Shown one piece after another: positions 34,663 through 42,678 of a stretch of 58,386 nt of DNA (positions within the stretch are counted from its first letter, which is position 1; every line of letters starts with the position of its first letter). The translations under genes were made by a program, and so were the position numbers. The notes under the pieces were generated by a model. That model was not told the origin of the DNA, did not search any database, and saw only the letters and a program-made list of their open reading frames with translations. Location of the stretch: NCBI GenBank assembly GCA_024639335.1, contig JAHEIN010000002.1:13630-72015 (forward strand), in the 5' to 3' direction. The DNA is from a bacterium. GTDB taxonomy: Bacteria > Actinomycetota > Acidimicrobiia > Spongiisociales > ZC4RG35.

Positions 34663-36330
34663 GTGCTGCTCGATCTCACCGACGTTCGAGCAGAAGACCC
34701 CGGGCTGACCGGCGCCAAGGCGTCGTGGTTGGCCCGGGGTCTTCGCGCCGGGTTGCCGGTCCTCCCCGGAGCGGTGGTCCCGGCGGCGGCGTCGCGACCT
34801 GTGATGCAGCATGGCGTCGAAGTCATGGAGTCACGGGGCTCGGGCGGCGCCAGGCTCGCCATCAGCCAGGAGCCGCTCGACGCCGATTTGGGGGACGCCG
34901 TCGTGGCAGCAGCGCGCGCTCTGGGCGAGACACTCGTCGTGAGGTCGTCGAGCATGCTCGAGGGTGGCGGTGAGTGGTCGGGTGCATTCACCTCGTACCT
35001 GGATCTGAGCCCGGAGGAGACTCCGGTCGGCGTTCGGGGCTGCTGGGCTTCGGCGTTCACGGTCCACACCCTGGAGCGCTACGAGGCATCTGGAGTCGAA
35101 CCCGGGTCGGCTCCGATGGCTGTGCTCATCCAACCGGCCTTGACGCCGGAATTCGGAGGCGTTGCCAAGCTGGCAGACGGCGAAGTCTCCGTGATCGGTG
35201 TCGAAGGCTCGCCTGTGCCGCTGGTCCAGGGTTGGGATCCGGGCGTACACGCCCAGGTCACCGAATCCGGTGTCGTGAAGGGAGACTCCGCCGTCTCGGT
35301 GCTCGGCGAATCGGTGATCCGTTCGGTCGCCGATGCACTCCGGAGCGCCGAGCGGGCGATCGGGGCAAACACCTGTGAGTGGGCAATCGCCGGCGGGGAG
35401 GTCGCGCTGCTCCAACTCGGGCGCGCCGAGTTCCGTGAGAAGCAGGCGTTGGCCGTGCCCGAGGAGTTCGCTTCTCCGGAGATCGCCGGCCTCGCCCGTC
35501 TCGTACGGCGCTTCCCGGGGCCGCTCGGCGAGGAGTTGGTGCTGCCGTGGGCGGTCGCGAGCCCAGCCTCCTTCTTGGAAGTCGTCGAACCGATCGCCGT
35601 CGACCCGTTCGAAGCCTTCGTCGAAGCTTCCCAGCAAGCCAGAGCGCTGACCGCGGAGGTGTGGGGAGCTCGGAAGGCCGACTCGTCGGACCGCGCCATC
35701 GAGGCGATTCGCCAGTTGCGGGGAGATCAGCCGATGGAGGCGGTCGGGGTGATGTCAATGCTCCGAGCACCCGATGCCGAGCGTTCCCGCACCATGCTCG
35801 GTCTCCTCGCAACGGTGCGCGCCGCTCTCGTCGAGGCCGGAGCCGTTGGCCGGCCGGACCAAGCCTGGCACCTGTCTTCCAAGGAGATCACCGACGTCCT
35901 TCGCTCCGGGCGGGCGTCTGAGATGAGGTCGCGGATCGGCTTCGACAGGTGGGAGCCGTTCGATGCGGCCGTGGTGGTCGCGCACGGAAGGTCGATGGAC
36001 GCGGTGTCTGCGGCATCGGGGATCGGAGTCGGCCGGCTGTGCTTCGTCGATGACCCGAAGACCGCATCGGACTTCAGGCCGAGGGATGTCGTGGTCGGGC
36101 TCAGGCCGACGCCGAAGCTGGCGCCGTTGTTGTGGGATGCCTCCGCGCTCATCACGACGGGCGGCGGTCCGGCTGCCCACCTGTTCGAGTCCGCCCGGGC
36201 GCTGGCGATTCCGGCGTTGGCTGCGGTCGATCTCGAGAGCCTGGTCGGCACCGACCTGGTGTCGGCGAGCGGCAGGTTCTCGATCGCCGTCGACGGCAAC
36301 GAGGGCCGGCTCTGGGTGATGGAATGGTGA
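34663..36330 (+). CDS. PEP/pyruvate-binding (PPDK_N ATP-grasp) protein with C-terminal PEP-utilising swivel (phosphohistidine) domain
   Basis: 555 aa. The N-terminus has TGAKASWLARGLRAGLPVLPG and VVRSSSMLEGGGEWSGAFTSYL. The C-terminus has ALITTGGGPAAHLFESARALAIPAL. Confidence 0.75.
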   Translation: MLLDLTDVRAEDPGLTGAKASWLARGLRAGLPVLPGAVVPAAASRPVMQHGVEVMESRGSGGARLAISQEPLDADLGDAVVAAARALGETLVVRSSSMLEGGGEWSGAFTSYLDLSPEETPVGVRGCWASAFTVHTLERYEASGVEPGSAPMAVLIQPALTPEFGGVAKLADGEVSVIGVEGSPVPLVQGWDPGVHAQVTESGVVKGDSAVSVLGESVIRSVADALRSAERAIGANTCEWAIAGGEVALLQLGRAEFREKQALAVPEEFASPEIAGLARLVRRFPGPLGEELVLPWAVASPASFLEVVEPIAVDPFEAFVEASQQARALTAEVWGARKADSSDRAIEAIRQLRGDQPMEAVGVMSMLRAPDAERSRTMLGLLATVRAALVEAGAVGRPDQAWHLSSKEITDVLRSGRASEMRSRIGFDRWEPFDAAVVVAHGRSMDAVSAASGIGVGRLCFVDDPKTASDFRPRDVVVGLRPTPKLAPLLWDASALITTGGGPAAHLFESARALAIPALAAVDLESLVGTDLVSASGRFSIAVDGNEGRLWVMEW

Positions 36331-36387
36331 CCCGGCGTCGTTGAGGGTGCAGCGTCTTCGCACCAGTGCGTGATTGGGATGCGCAGC

Positions 36388-36407
36388 GGGCGCGGCGAGC
36401 CGCGCCC
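36388..36407. terminator. GC-rich hairpin between convergent genes (possible bidirectional terminator)
   Basis: GGGCGCGG-CGAG-CCGCGCCC forms a perfect 8-bp stem. There is no clear U-tract. Confidence 0.4.
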
Positions 36408-36463
36408 CTACCGGTACCGCCGGTTCGTCGATCGATGTGAACTCACGTCGCCGGTTCCCACGT

Positions 36464-36838
36464 TCATATGTCGTCGGCAACGACCCAGATGGTCTCCGTG
36501 GGTGCCGGGACCCACAGTTCGTAGAACGAGAAGTCGGCGTCGCCGGTGTTCTCGAACCAGTGGACCTCACCATCGTCGGCCAGCGCCACATCGCCCTCGT
36601 TCAGCGTGTAGGTGCGGTCGTCGAGATGCAGGATTCCTGTGCCCGCATCGACGAAGAAGAAGTGCTTCGACCCGACGTGGTAATGGGCGGCCGCGCTGTC
36701 GCCAGGGTGATAGGTGATGTGGTCGGCCTTGATGTCGGCCGTCCCGAACAGCTCCTCTGTGATGAGATCGACTCGATCACGGCGGTCACGTGTGGATCTG
36801 ATTTTGGGGAGCTCTGCGAACGGAATGACCGACGGCAT
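36464..36838 (-). CDS. Cupin-domain protein
   Basis: 124 aa from MPSVIPFAEL with AAHYHVGSKHFFFVDAGTG. Confidence 0.75.
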   Translation of the reverse strand: MPSVIPFAELPKIRSTRDRRDRVDLITEELFGTADIKADHITYHPGDSAAAHYHVGSKHFFFVDAGTGILHLDDRTYTLNEGDVALADDGEVHWFENTGDADFSFYELWVPAPTETIWVVADDI

Positions 36839-36930
36839 GACCGAAAGGTACCTGCCGCGATCGGCATCCGCCGACGATTGGTGCACTTGTGTCGACTCGA
36901 AGCCCGTGCGGTACGGGTTAGCGTGATCGG

Positions 36931-38178
36931 GTGCCCGTTGCCGACTACCACCGCTCTCGGCGATCGGTCGTGGCGTTCGTCTCGTTCCTTGCGATCGTGA
37001 TGGCGTTCGGGGTGGAGGCGCTTCTTCCGGCCTTCGACCTGATCGGATCCGAGTTCCGATTCGATGCGATCGGAGCGGGTGTCTCGCTGCTGGTCACCGC
37101 CTTCCTGGTGGGGATGGGGATCGGCACCCTGGTCTGGGGGCCGGTCTCGGATCGATTCGGCCGCCGTTCGGTATTGATCGTCGGCTTCGCCCTGTACGGG
37201 GTCGGTGCTGTCGGTATGGCCCTGGCCTCGAGCATCGAGCTGTTGCTGGTGGCTCGGGTGGTGTGGGGGTTCGGCGCAGCTGCGCCCGGCGGGCTTCGGT
37301 ATGCGATCGTTCGAGACCTCTACTCGGGTGATGACATGGCGCGGATCATCGCCGTCGCCACGGCAGTCTTCATGATCGCTCCGCTCACGATGCCGATCGT
37401 GGGGGAGATACTCCTCTTCATCGGATCGTGGCAGATCATCGCTTTGACCGGGCTCGGTCTGGCCGCCGTCGCCGTCTCGTGGTCTCTCCGGTTCGGCGAG
37501 ACGCTGAGCTCCGAGCGGCGGCGTTCGCTCCGTATCGCCCCGATCATCGAGGGCGCTCGGATCGTGGGGCGGACGACCTCCTCTGCGGGGGCGATCGTGG
37601 CCTCGGTGTTCTTCTACGCCTCCTTCTTCGTGTGGCTCGGTTCGGCCCAGCCGATCATCGACCGGATCTACGGACGGGACGAGCAGTTCGTCTTGTTCTT
37701 CGGAGCGTCCGGTTTGGCGATGTCGCTCGCATTGGTCGTGTCGAATCGGGTGATTCCTCGGATCGGGACTCGATCTCTGGCGAGGCGTTCGGCCCTGTTG
37801 TTCCTGCTCTTGTGCCTCGTGGCCCTCGTGGCGACGATGCTCGACGGTGGCCTCGGCCTGTGGCCCTGGTTCCTGTGGGCGGCCGCGACGAATGCCATCG
37901 GTGCGGTACTGGGCACCTCGGCCGCAGCGCTGGCTCTCGATCCGGTCGGCGAGGTCGCTGGAACCGCAGCATCTCTGCTCAACTTCGCGGCGCTCGTACC
38001 AGGTTCCCTGCTCGCCGCTCTCGTCGACGCCAGGATCTCTGAAACCGTGACGCCGATGGTCGTCGGCTCGACGGTCTTCGGCATCCTCGGTGGGCTGGCG
38101 CTCTTGGTCAGTCAGCCGGAGTCGGCGCGCGCCCGCCCTGTCCCGGCGGACACGACCGGCCCACCGATCTCGATCTGA
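36931..38178 (+). CDS. MFS transporter (Bcr/CflA-like drug-resistance type)
   Basis: 415 aa with GPVSDRFGRR (MFS motif A). GTG start. Confidence 0.85.
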   Translation: MPVADYHRSRRSVVAFVSFLAIVMAFGVEALLPAFDLIGSEFRFDAIGAGVSLLVTAFLVGMGIGTLVWGPVSDRFGRRSVLIVGFALYGVGAVGMALASSIELLLVARVVWGFGAAAPGGLRYAIVRDLYSGDDMARIIAVATAVFMIAPLTMPIVGEILLFIGSWQIIALTGLGLAAVAVSWSLRFGETLSSERRRSLRIAPIIEGARIVGRTTSSAGAIVASVFFYASFFVWLGSAQPIIDRIYGRDEQFVLFFGASGLAMSLALVVSNRVIPRIGTRSLARRSALLFLLLCLVALVATMLDGGLGLWPWFLWAAATNAIGAVLGTSAAALALDPVGEVAGTAASLLNFAALVPGSLLAALVDARISETVTPMVVGSTVFGILGGLALLVSQPESARARPVPADTTGPPISI

Positions 38179-38277
38179 GCCAGGATGTCCGACGGTCCTT
38201 CCCGATCGCTGCTCGTTCGAGCTCCGCCAGACCCGGTTGGGGCCCTCTCCGCCCGCGGGTCCTGACAGAATCGGGGG

Positions 38278-39096
38278 ATGCACATCGAGACCGTGTCGAT
38301 CGATACACCCACGACGCCGCTGGATGGCCTGCTCTACCTGCCAGACGGGGATGTCAAAGGCGCAGTCCAGTTGATGCATGGGAACACAATGAACTTCTAC
38401 GTCGGGCCGCCCAGGTTCCTCCCGGCCCGACTGACGCAACTCGGCTTCGCCTGTCTGGCATACAACCGGCGCGGCCATGACGTGCTATCGAACCGCGACA
38501 GTCGCGATCTCGAGGGCGGTGCGTATCAGACCATCGCCGAAGCAATCGAGGACAACCACCTTGCCCGACGATGGATCGACGATCGAGGTCTCCCGGCACC
38601 GTTTGTCGTCGGGCACTCGAATGGCGGCATGTTGGGTGTCCGTCATGTGACCGAACACCCCGACACTCCCGGACTGGTGCTCCTCTCCGCCCATAGAGGA
38701 GGTCGGCTACTGATGCGGACGATGGCCGAGAACGGACTCATGGCGGCGGACCACTACGAGGAGATCACCGCAGTCGCCAGGGACATGATGCAGCGGGGCG
38801 ACGGCGCTGAGCTGATGATCGTGCCCGGATGGTGGTACGTGATCTCCGCTCAGACCTATGTCGAGTTCCTCGACAACTGCCCCGACATCGTCGAAATGGC
38901 GAGCCAGGTGCTTTGCGAAACGCTCTTTGTTCGGAGCGTCGAAGAGCCGCCCGACTTGTACCCGGCCGAGGAGTTCGCAGCGCGTAGTCGCCAACCCGTC
39001 GACATCAGAATCATCGAAGCCGGTGGCCACTACTACCTCGGGGGAGAGCGCCTGGTCATCGACACGGTTGCTGATTGGCTGGCGAACCGGGTTTGA
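38278..39096 (+). CDS. Alpha/beta-fold hydrolase
   Basis: 272 aa with the nucleophile elbow GHSNGG. Confidence 0.8.
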   Translation: MHIETVSIDTPTTPLDGLLYLPDGDVKGAVQLMHGNTMNFYVGPPRFLPARLTQLGFACLAYNRRGHDVLSNRDSRDLEGGAYQTIAEAIEDNHLARRWIDDRGLPAPFVVGHSNGGMLGVRHVTEHPDTPGLVLLSAHRGGRLLMRTMAENGLMAADHYEEITAVARDMMQRGDGAELMIVPGWWYVISAQTYVEFLDNCPDIVEMASQVLCETLFVRSVEEPPDLYPAEEFAARSRQPVDIRIIEAGGHYYLGGERLVIDTVADWLANRV

Positions 39097-39159
39097 TCCC
39101 CGATCGCAGACGATGCGAACGGACGCCACCCCTATGCTTGCCGAGCCGGAGGAGACGAA

Positions 39160-39828
39160 ATGCCGAACATCACGATGCTCGAAATCGACGACCTGATGGA
39201 GTCCGAGCTCGCCGGATTCGTCAAGAAGTGCCTGCGGCATCGCGCCCCCGACCCGGCGTTCCACGCCATCCAAGGGCACAACCCGACCCTGTCCAAGAAG
39301 CTCTACATCGCGTGGGGGACCGTCTTCAACACGGGCGTGATCGACCATGGGCTGAAGGAGATCATCCGCGTTCAGCTGTCGCGCGCTGCCGATTGCAACT
39401 ATTGAGGCAACGTTCGATCCGCTTCGGCGAAGCGGAACGGGCTCACCGAGGAGCGCATCGACGAGGGCATCGACCAATGGCGCACGAGCCCCAACTTCTC
39501 CGAGGCCGAGCAGATCGCACTGGAGTACAGCGAGCTCATGCAGTTCGCACCAGACAAGATCGACGCATCCTTCTACGAGCGGCTGGGCCGCCACTACACG
39601 CAGGCCGAGATCGTGGAGCTGGGCGTGTTCATCGGGTTCAACGTCGGCTATCACACCTTCTTTCGGACACTCGACTTCTACCCGATGTTCACCCCCGATG
39701 GGCGGCTCGTCAGCCAGGAGGAGTCCCGCCGGATCTACGGGGACACACCCATCTCACACAACGACGACAGAGTCGTCCGAGCTCTCGCAGAATCGCCAGA
39801 GGATGCTGATGATCCATCCCATCGGTGA
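39160..39828 (+). CDS. AhpD/carboxymuconolactone-decarboxylase (CMD) family protein with in-frame TGA (39403-39405) at the second Cys of the CxxC motif (candidate selenoprotein, C-N-Y-U)
   Basis: The 81-aa ORF 39160-39405 ends ...QLSRAADCNY-TGA. The same frame (ORF 39538-39828 is in phase) continues GNVRSASAKRNGLTEERIDEGIDQW...EIVELGVFIGF and aligns by eye with the adjacent paralog. GGAGGAGACGAA RBS. Hairpin downstream. Confidence 0.7.
39411..39439 (+). promoter_or_regulatory. SECIS-like hairpin 3' of UGA 39403
   Basis: Upper stem CCGCUU(C) 39419-39425 pairs with (G)AAGCGG 39429-39435. Apical loop GGC (or CGGCG). Lower stem CGUU 39411-39414 pairs with AACG 39436-39439, with a 4-nt CGAU bulge. 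The loop starts ~20 nt after the UGA. Confidence 0.5.
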
Positions 39829-40339
39829 AGACGTCGCCAGAGCGCCCGGCCTCATCACAACCGAGCAGTCGTTCACGCGACTGAGCGGCGGGGACACCAC
39901 CTTCCCCCGGATCCTCGCTCACGTCCCGGGCTACGCAGAAGCGATGTGGGACGCCATGTCCGAAGCGCTGTTCGAGGGTGGAGTCGACCACACGCTCAAG
40001 GAGATCATCCGAATACGCCTTGCGAGGACCGCAGCCGATCCCTACTTCGCAGGCCTGCGGTCGGTCCAGGCGGCTGAGTCGGGTCTGACCGAGGATCGGA
40101 TCGACGCCGGATGTGCCGACTTCGAAGACGATGCGCAGTTCAGCGACTCCGAGAAGTGGGCGTTGCGATATGCGTCGCGAATGTACGAGGACCCGGCCGG
40201 CGTCGACTCGGCCTTCTACGAGGAGGGAAAGCGGCACTTCACCGAGGCGCAGATCATGGAACTGGGCGGGCTCATCGCCGTCTTCCACGGGATGTCGGTG
40301 TTCATGTCGACTCTGACCGGCGGACTCGGTGGGACCTGA
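39809..40339 (+). CDS. CMD/AhpD-family paralog lacking the redox Cys pair (D-P-Y-F in place of C-x-x-C/U)
   Basis: MIHPIGEDV, with AGAGG 6 nt upstream. An alternative ATG is at 39803; the listed ORF begins at 39698. Contains LKEIIRIRLARTAADPYFAGLRS...EAQIMELGGLIAVF. Overlaps the 3' end of the preceding gene by 20 nt. Confidence 0.8.
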   Translation: MIHPIGEDVARAPGLITTEQSFTRLSGGDTTFPRILAHVPGYAEAMWDAMSEALFEGGVDHTLKEIIRIRLARTAADPYFAGLRSVQAAESGLTEDRIDAGCADFEDDAQFSDSEKWALRYASRMYEDPAGVDSAFYEEGKRHFTEAQIMELGGLIAVFHGMSVFMSTLTGGLGGT

Positions 40340-40354
40340 CACCGGGAGGGTCGG

Positions 40355-42637
40355 ATGAAGACCAGGACGACCGTGACGCACTGGGGGGCCTACGAGGTCG
40401 ACAGCGACGGCACGCATGTCACGGGCGTACGGCCGTTCTCCAAAGATCCCGACCCTTCTCCGATCGGGGCGTCGCTGGACGCCGTCACCAGGAGTCGGGT
40501 GCTCCGGCCGGCGATTCGCCAGAGCTGGCTGGATGGTGGTCCGGGAACCCGCGGTGACCTGCGCGGAGTCGAGCCCTTCGTCGAGGTCGCTTGGGACACC
40601 GCGCTGGATCTGGCGGCTTCCGAGCTCGATCGAGTGCGGTCGACGCACGGCAACCGCGCCATCTTCGGTGGTTCCTACGGCTGGTCGAGTGCGGGCCGAT
40701 TCCATCATGCCCAGAGCCAACTCCACCGCTTCCTGGCGGTGATCGGTGGGTACACCGACAAACGCGACACCTACAGCCACGCAGCGGGAGAGGTCATCAC
40801 CCCGCACGTCGTGGGACACGGCTACTGGGACCTCCAGCAGGCCCACACGTCGATGTCGGTGATCGCCCAGTACACCGATCTCGTGGTGTCCTTCGGCGGG
40901 ATTCCGCTGAAGAACGCTCAGGTGCAGAACGGGGGGATGGGGCGCCACACGCTGCGCGGCTGGCTCCAGGCCGCCCGCGATCGCGGGACCCGGTTCGTCA
41001 ACGTCTCGCCGACACGCGACGACGTCGCCGCCGAACTCGACCCTGAATGGCTCGCGCCACGCCCCGGCAGCGATGTGGCCGTCATGGCCGCCATGATCCA
41101 CACACTCGTGACCGAGGATCTCGCCGACGAGGGATTCCTCGAGACACACTGCGTCGGCTGGCCGGAGTTGCGGTCCTATGTCCTCGGGGGAGCCGATGGC
41201 ACGCCGAAGACCGCAGAGTGGGCGGGAGCCCTCTCGGATCTGGACCCCGATCGCATTCGCCGCCTCGCCCGGGAGCTCGTGGAGTCGCGGTCGATGCTGA
41301 ACATCTCATGGAGTCTCCAACGTTCGGACCACGGTGAGCAGACATGGTGGATGTTGATCGCGCTGGCGTGCGTCGTCGGACAGATCGGGCTTCCGGGCGG
41401 CGGTTTCGGCATCGGATACGGGGCCGTTGCGTCAGTGGGCAACGGCGCCCCCCGGCGTGCCTTTCCTGCTCTCGGGCGGCCGGTGAACCCAGTGGACGAC
41501 TTCATCCCCGTGTCGCGGATCGCCGACATGCTGTTGCACCCCGGAGCGCCGTTCACCTACGACGGCGAGACTCGCAGTTACCCGTTCATCGACTTGATCT
41601 ACTGGTCAGGTGGCAATCCCTTCCATCACCATCAGGATCTGAACCGGTTGACGACTGCCTGGCAGCGACCCTCGACGATCATCGTCAACGAGCCGTTCTG
41701 GACGAGCACGGCAAAGCGAGCCGACATCGTGTTCCCTGCGACGACTCCGCTGGAACGTCGTGACATCGGCGGATCGGCAAGAGAAGACTTCCTCTTCGCC
41801 CTCGAGCCGGTCATCGATCCGGTCGGAGAGTCCAGAGACGATTACCAGATCTTCTCCGATCTCGCGACGCGACTCGGAGTCGAAGCGGAGTTCACCGAGG
41901 GTCGCACTTCGGACGAATGGGTCCGCCACCTCTACGAATCCTTCGAGAGCCGGTACCCCGACTCGCCGACCTACGACGAGTTCGTCGAGGCGGGGTTCAT
42001 CCAGTATCCGGAGACCCCTGACGCCGTGAAGGTCCTGTTCGATGCCTTCAGGGCGGACCCCGAAGGCAGCCCGCTCCCAACCCCATCGGGCAGGATCGAA
42101 CTGGACTCGTCGACGCTTGCTCGTTTCGGGCATCCGGACTGTCCTTCGCATCCGATGTTCCTCGCGCCGCACGAGTGGCTCGGTGACGTCGGCGAGTACC
42201 CGCTTCATCTGTTGTCCAGCCAACCGTCGACCCGGCTCCACTCTCAACTCGATCACGGCGCGACCAGCGCAGCCAGGAAGATCGACGGTAGGGAGGTGAT
42301 GCGGATGCATCCGGCCGACGCCGCGGCGCGCGACATCTCCGACGGCGACACGGTTCGGGTGTTCAACGACCGTGGAGTCTGTTTCGCAGGCGTCGCGGTG
42401 ACCGACGGCATCCGGTCTGGTGTCGTCGATCTCCCGACCGGCGCCTGGTACGACCCGGTAGATCCGTCGATCCCCGGATCACCATGTCGCCACGGCAACC
42501 CGAATGTCCTCACCAGAGACGAGGGCACCTCTTCCCTTGCTCAGGGGCCTGTGGCGCAGAGCTGCCTCGTCCAGGTCGAGCGGGCACCCGATGCGCCGAC
42601 GCCCGACCCCCACGCTTCCCCCGACATCATCGGCTGA
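40355..42637 (+). CDS. Cytoplasmic molybdopterin (bis-MGD) S-/N-oxide reductase, BisC/TorZ-like (DMSO reductase family type III)
   Basis: 760 aa with no Tat signal and no N-terminal Fe-S Cys cluster. THWGAYEV, FGGSYGWSSAGRFHHAQSQLHRFL and DTYSHAAGEVITPHVVG closely resemble the biotin sulfoxide reductase N-terminus. Confidence 0.9.
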   Translation: MKTRTTVTHWGAYEVDSDGTHVTGVRPFSKDPDPSPIGASLDAVTRSRVLRPAIRQSWLDGGPGTRGDLRGVEPFVEVAWDTALDLAASELDRVRSTHGNRAIFGGSYGWSSAGRFHHAQSQLHRFLAVIGGYTDKRDTYSHAAGEVITPHVVGHGYWDLQQAHTSMSVIAQYTDLVVSFGGIPLKNAQVQNGGMGRHTLRGWLQAARDRGTRFVNVSPTRDDVAAELDPEWLAPRPGSDVAVMAAMIHTLVTEDLADEGFLETHCVGWPELRSYVLGGADGTPKTAEWAGALSDLDPDRIRRLARELVESRSMLNISWSLQRSDHGEQTWWMLIALACVVGQIGLPGGGFGIGYGAVASVGNGAPRRAFPALGRPVNPVDDFIPVSRIADMLLHPGAPFTYDGETRSYPFIDLIYWSGGNPFHHHQDLNRLTTAWQRPSTIIVNEPFWTSTAKRADIVFPATTPLERRDIGGSAREDFLFALEPVIDPVGESRDDYQIFSDLATRLGVEAEFTEGRTSDEWVRHLYESFESRYPDSPTYDEFVEAGFIQYPETPDAVKVLFDAFRADPEGSPLPTPSGRIELDSSTLARFGHPDCPSHPMFLAPHEWLGDVGEYPLHLLSSQPSTRLHSQLDHGATSAARKIDGREVMRMHPADAAARDISDGDTVRVFNDRGVCFAGVAVTDGIRSGVVDLPTGAWYDPVDPSIPGSPCRHGNPNVLTRDEGTSSLAQGPVAQSCLVQVERAPDAPTPDPHASPDIIG

Positions 42638-42678
42638 CCGGGACACCGCTCTCATCCGGAGGGAGCATGTCGGGAGGG

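Noticed and set aside
36601-38478. 625-aa ORF on the minus strand
   Set aside because: It is antisense to a well-supported MFS transporter gene. The translation is Arg/Pro/Gly/Asp-rich low complexity with no family resemblance, which is a typical high-GC shadow ORF.
39160-39405. Treating the 81-aa CMD fragment as a complete small gene or a pseudogene, and starting the redoxin gene at TTG 19708
   Set aside because: I have not fully excluded this, but I disfavour it. In both cases the TGA sits exactly on a redox Cys column, homologous coding sequence continues in frame, and a SECIS-like hairpin follows at the same spacing. A random nonsense mutation would not be expected to show all three features twice.
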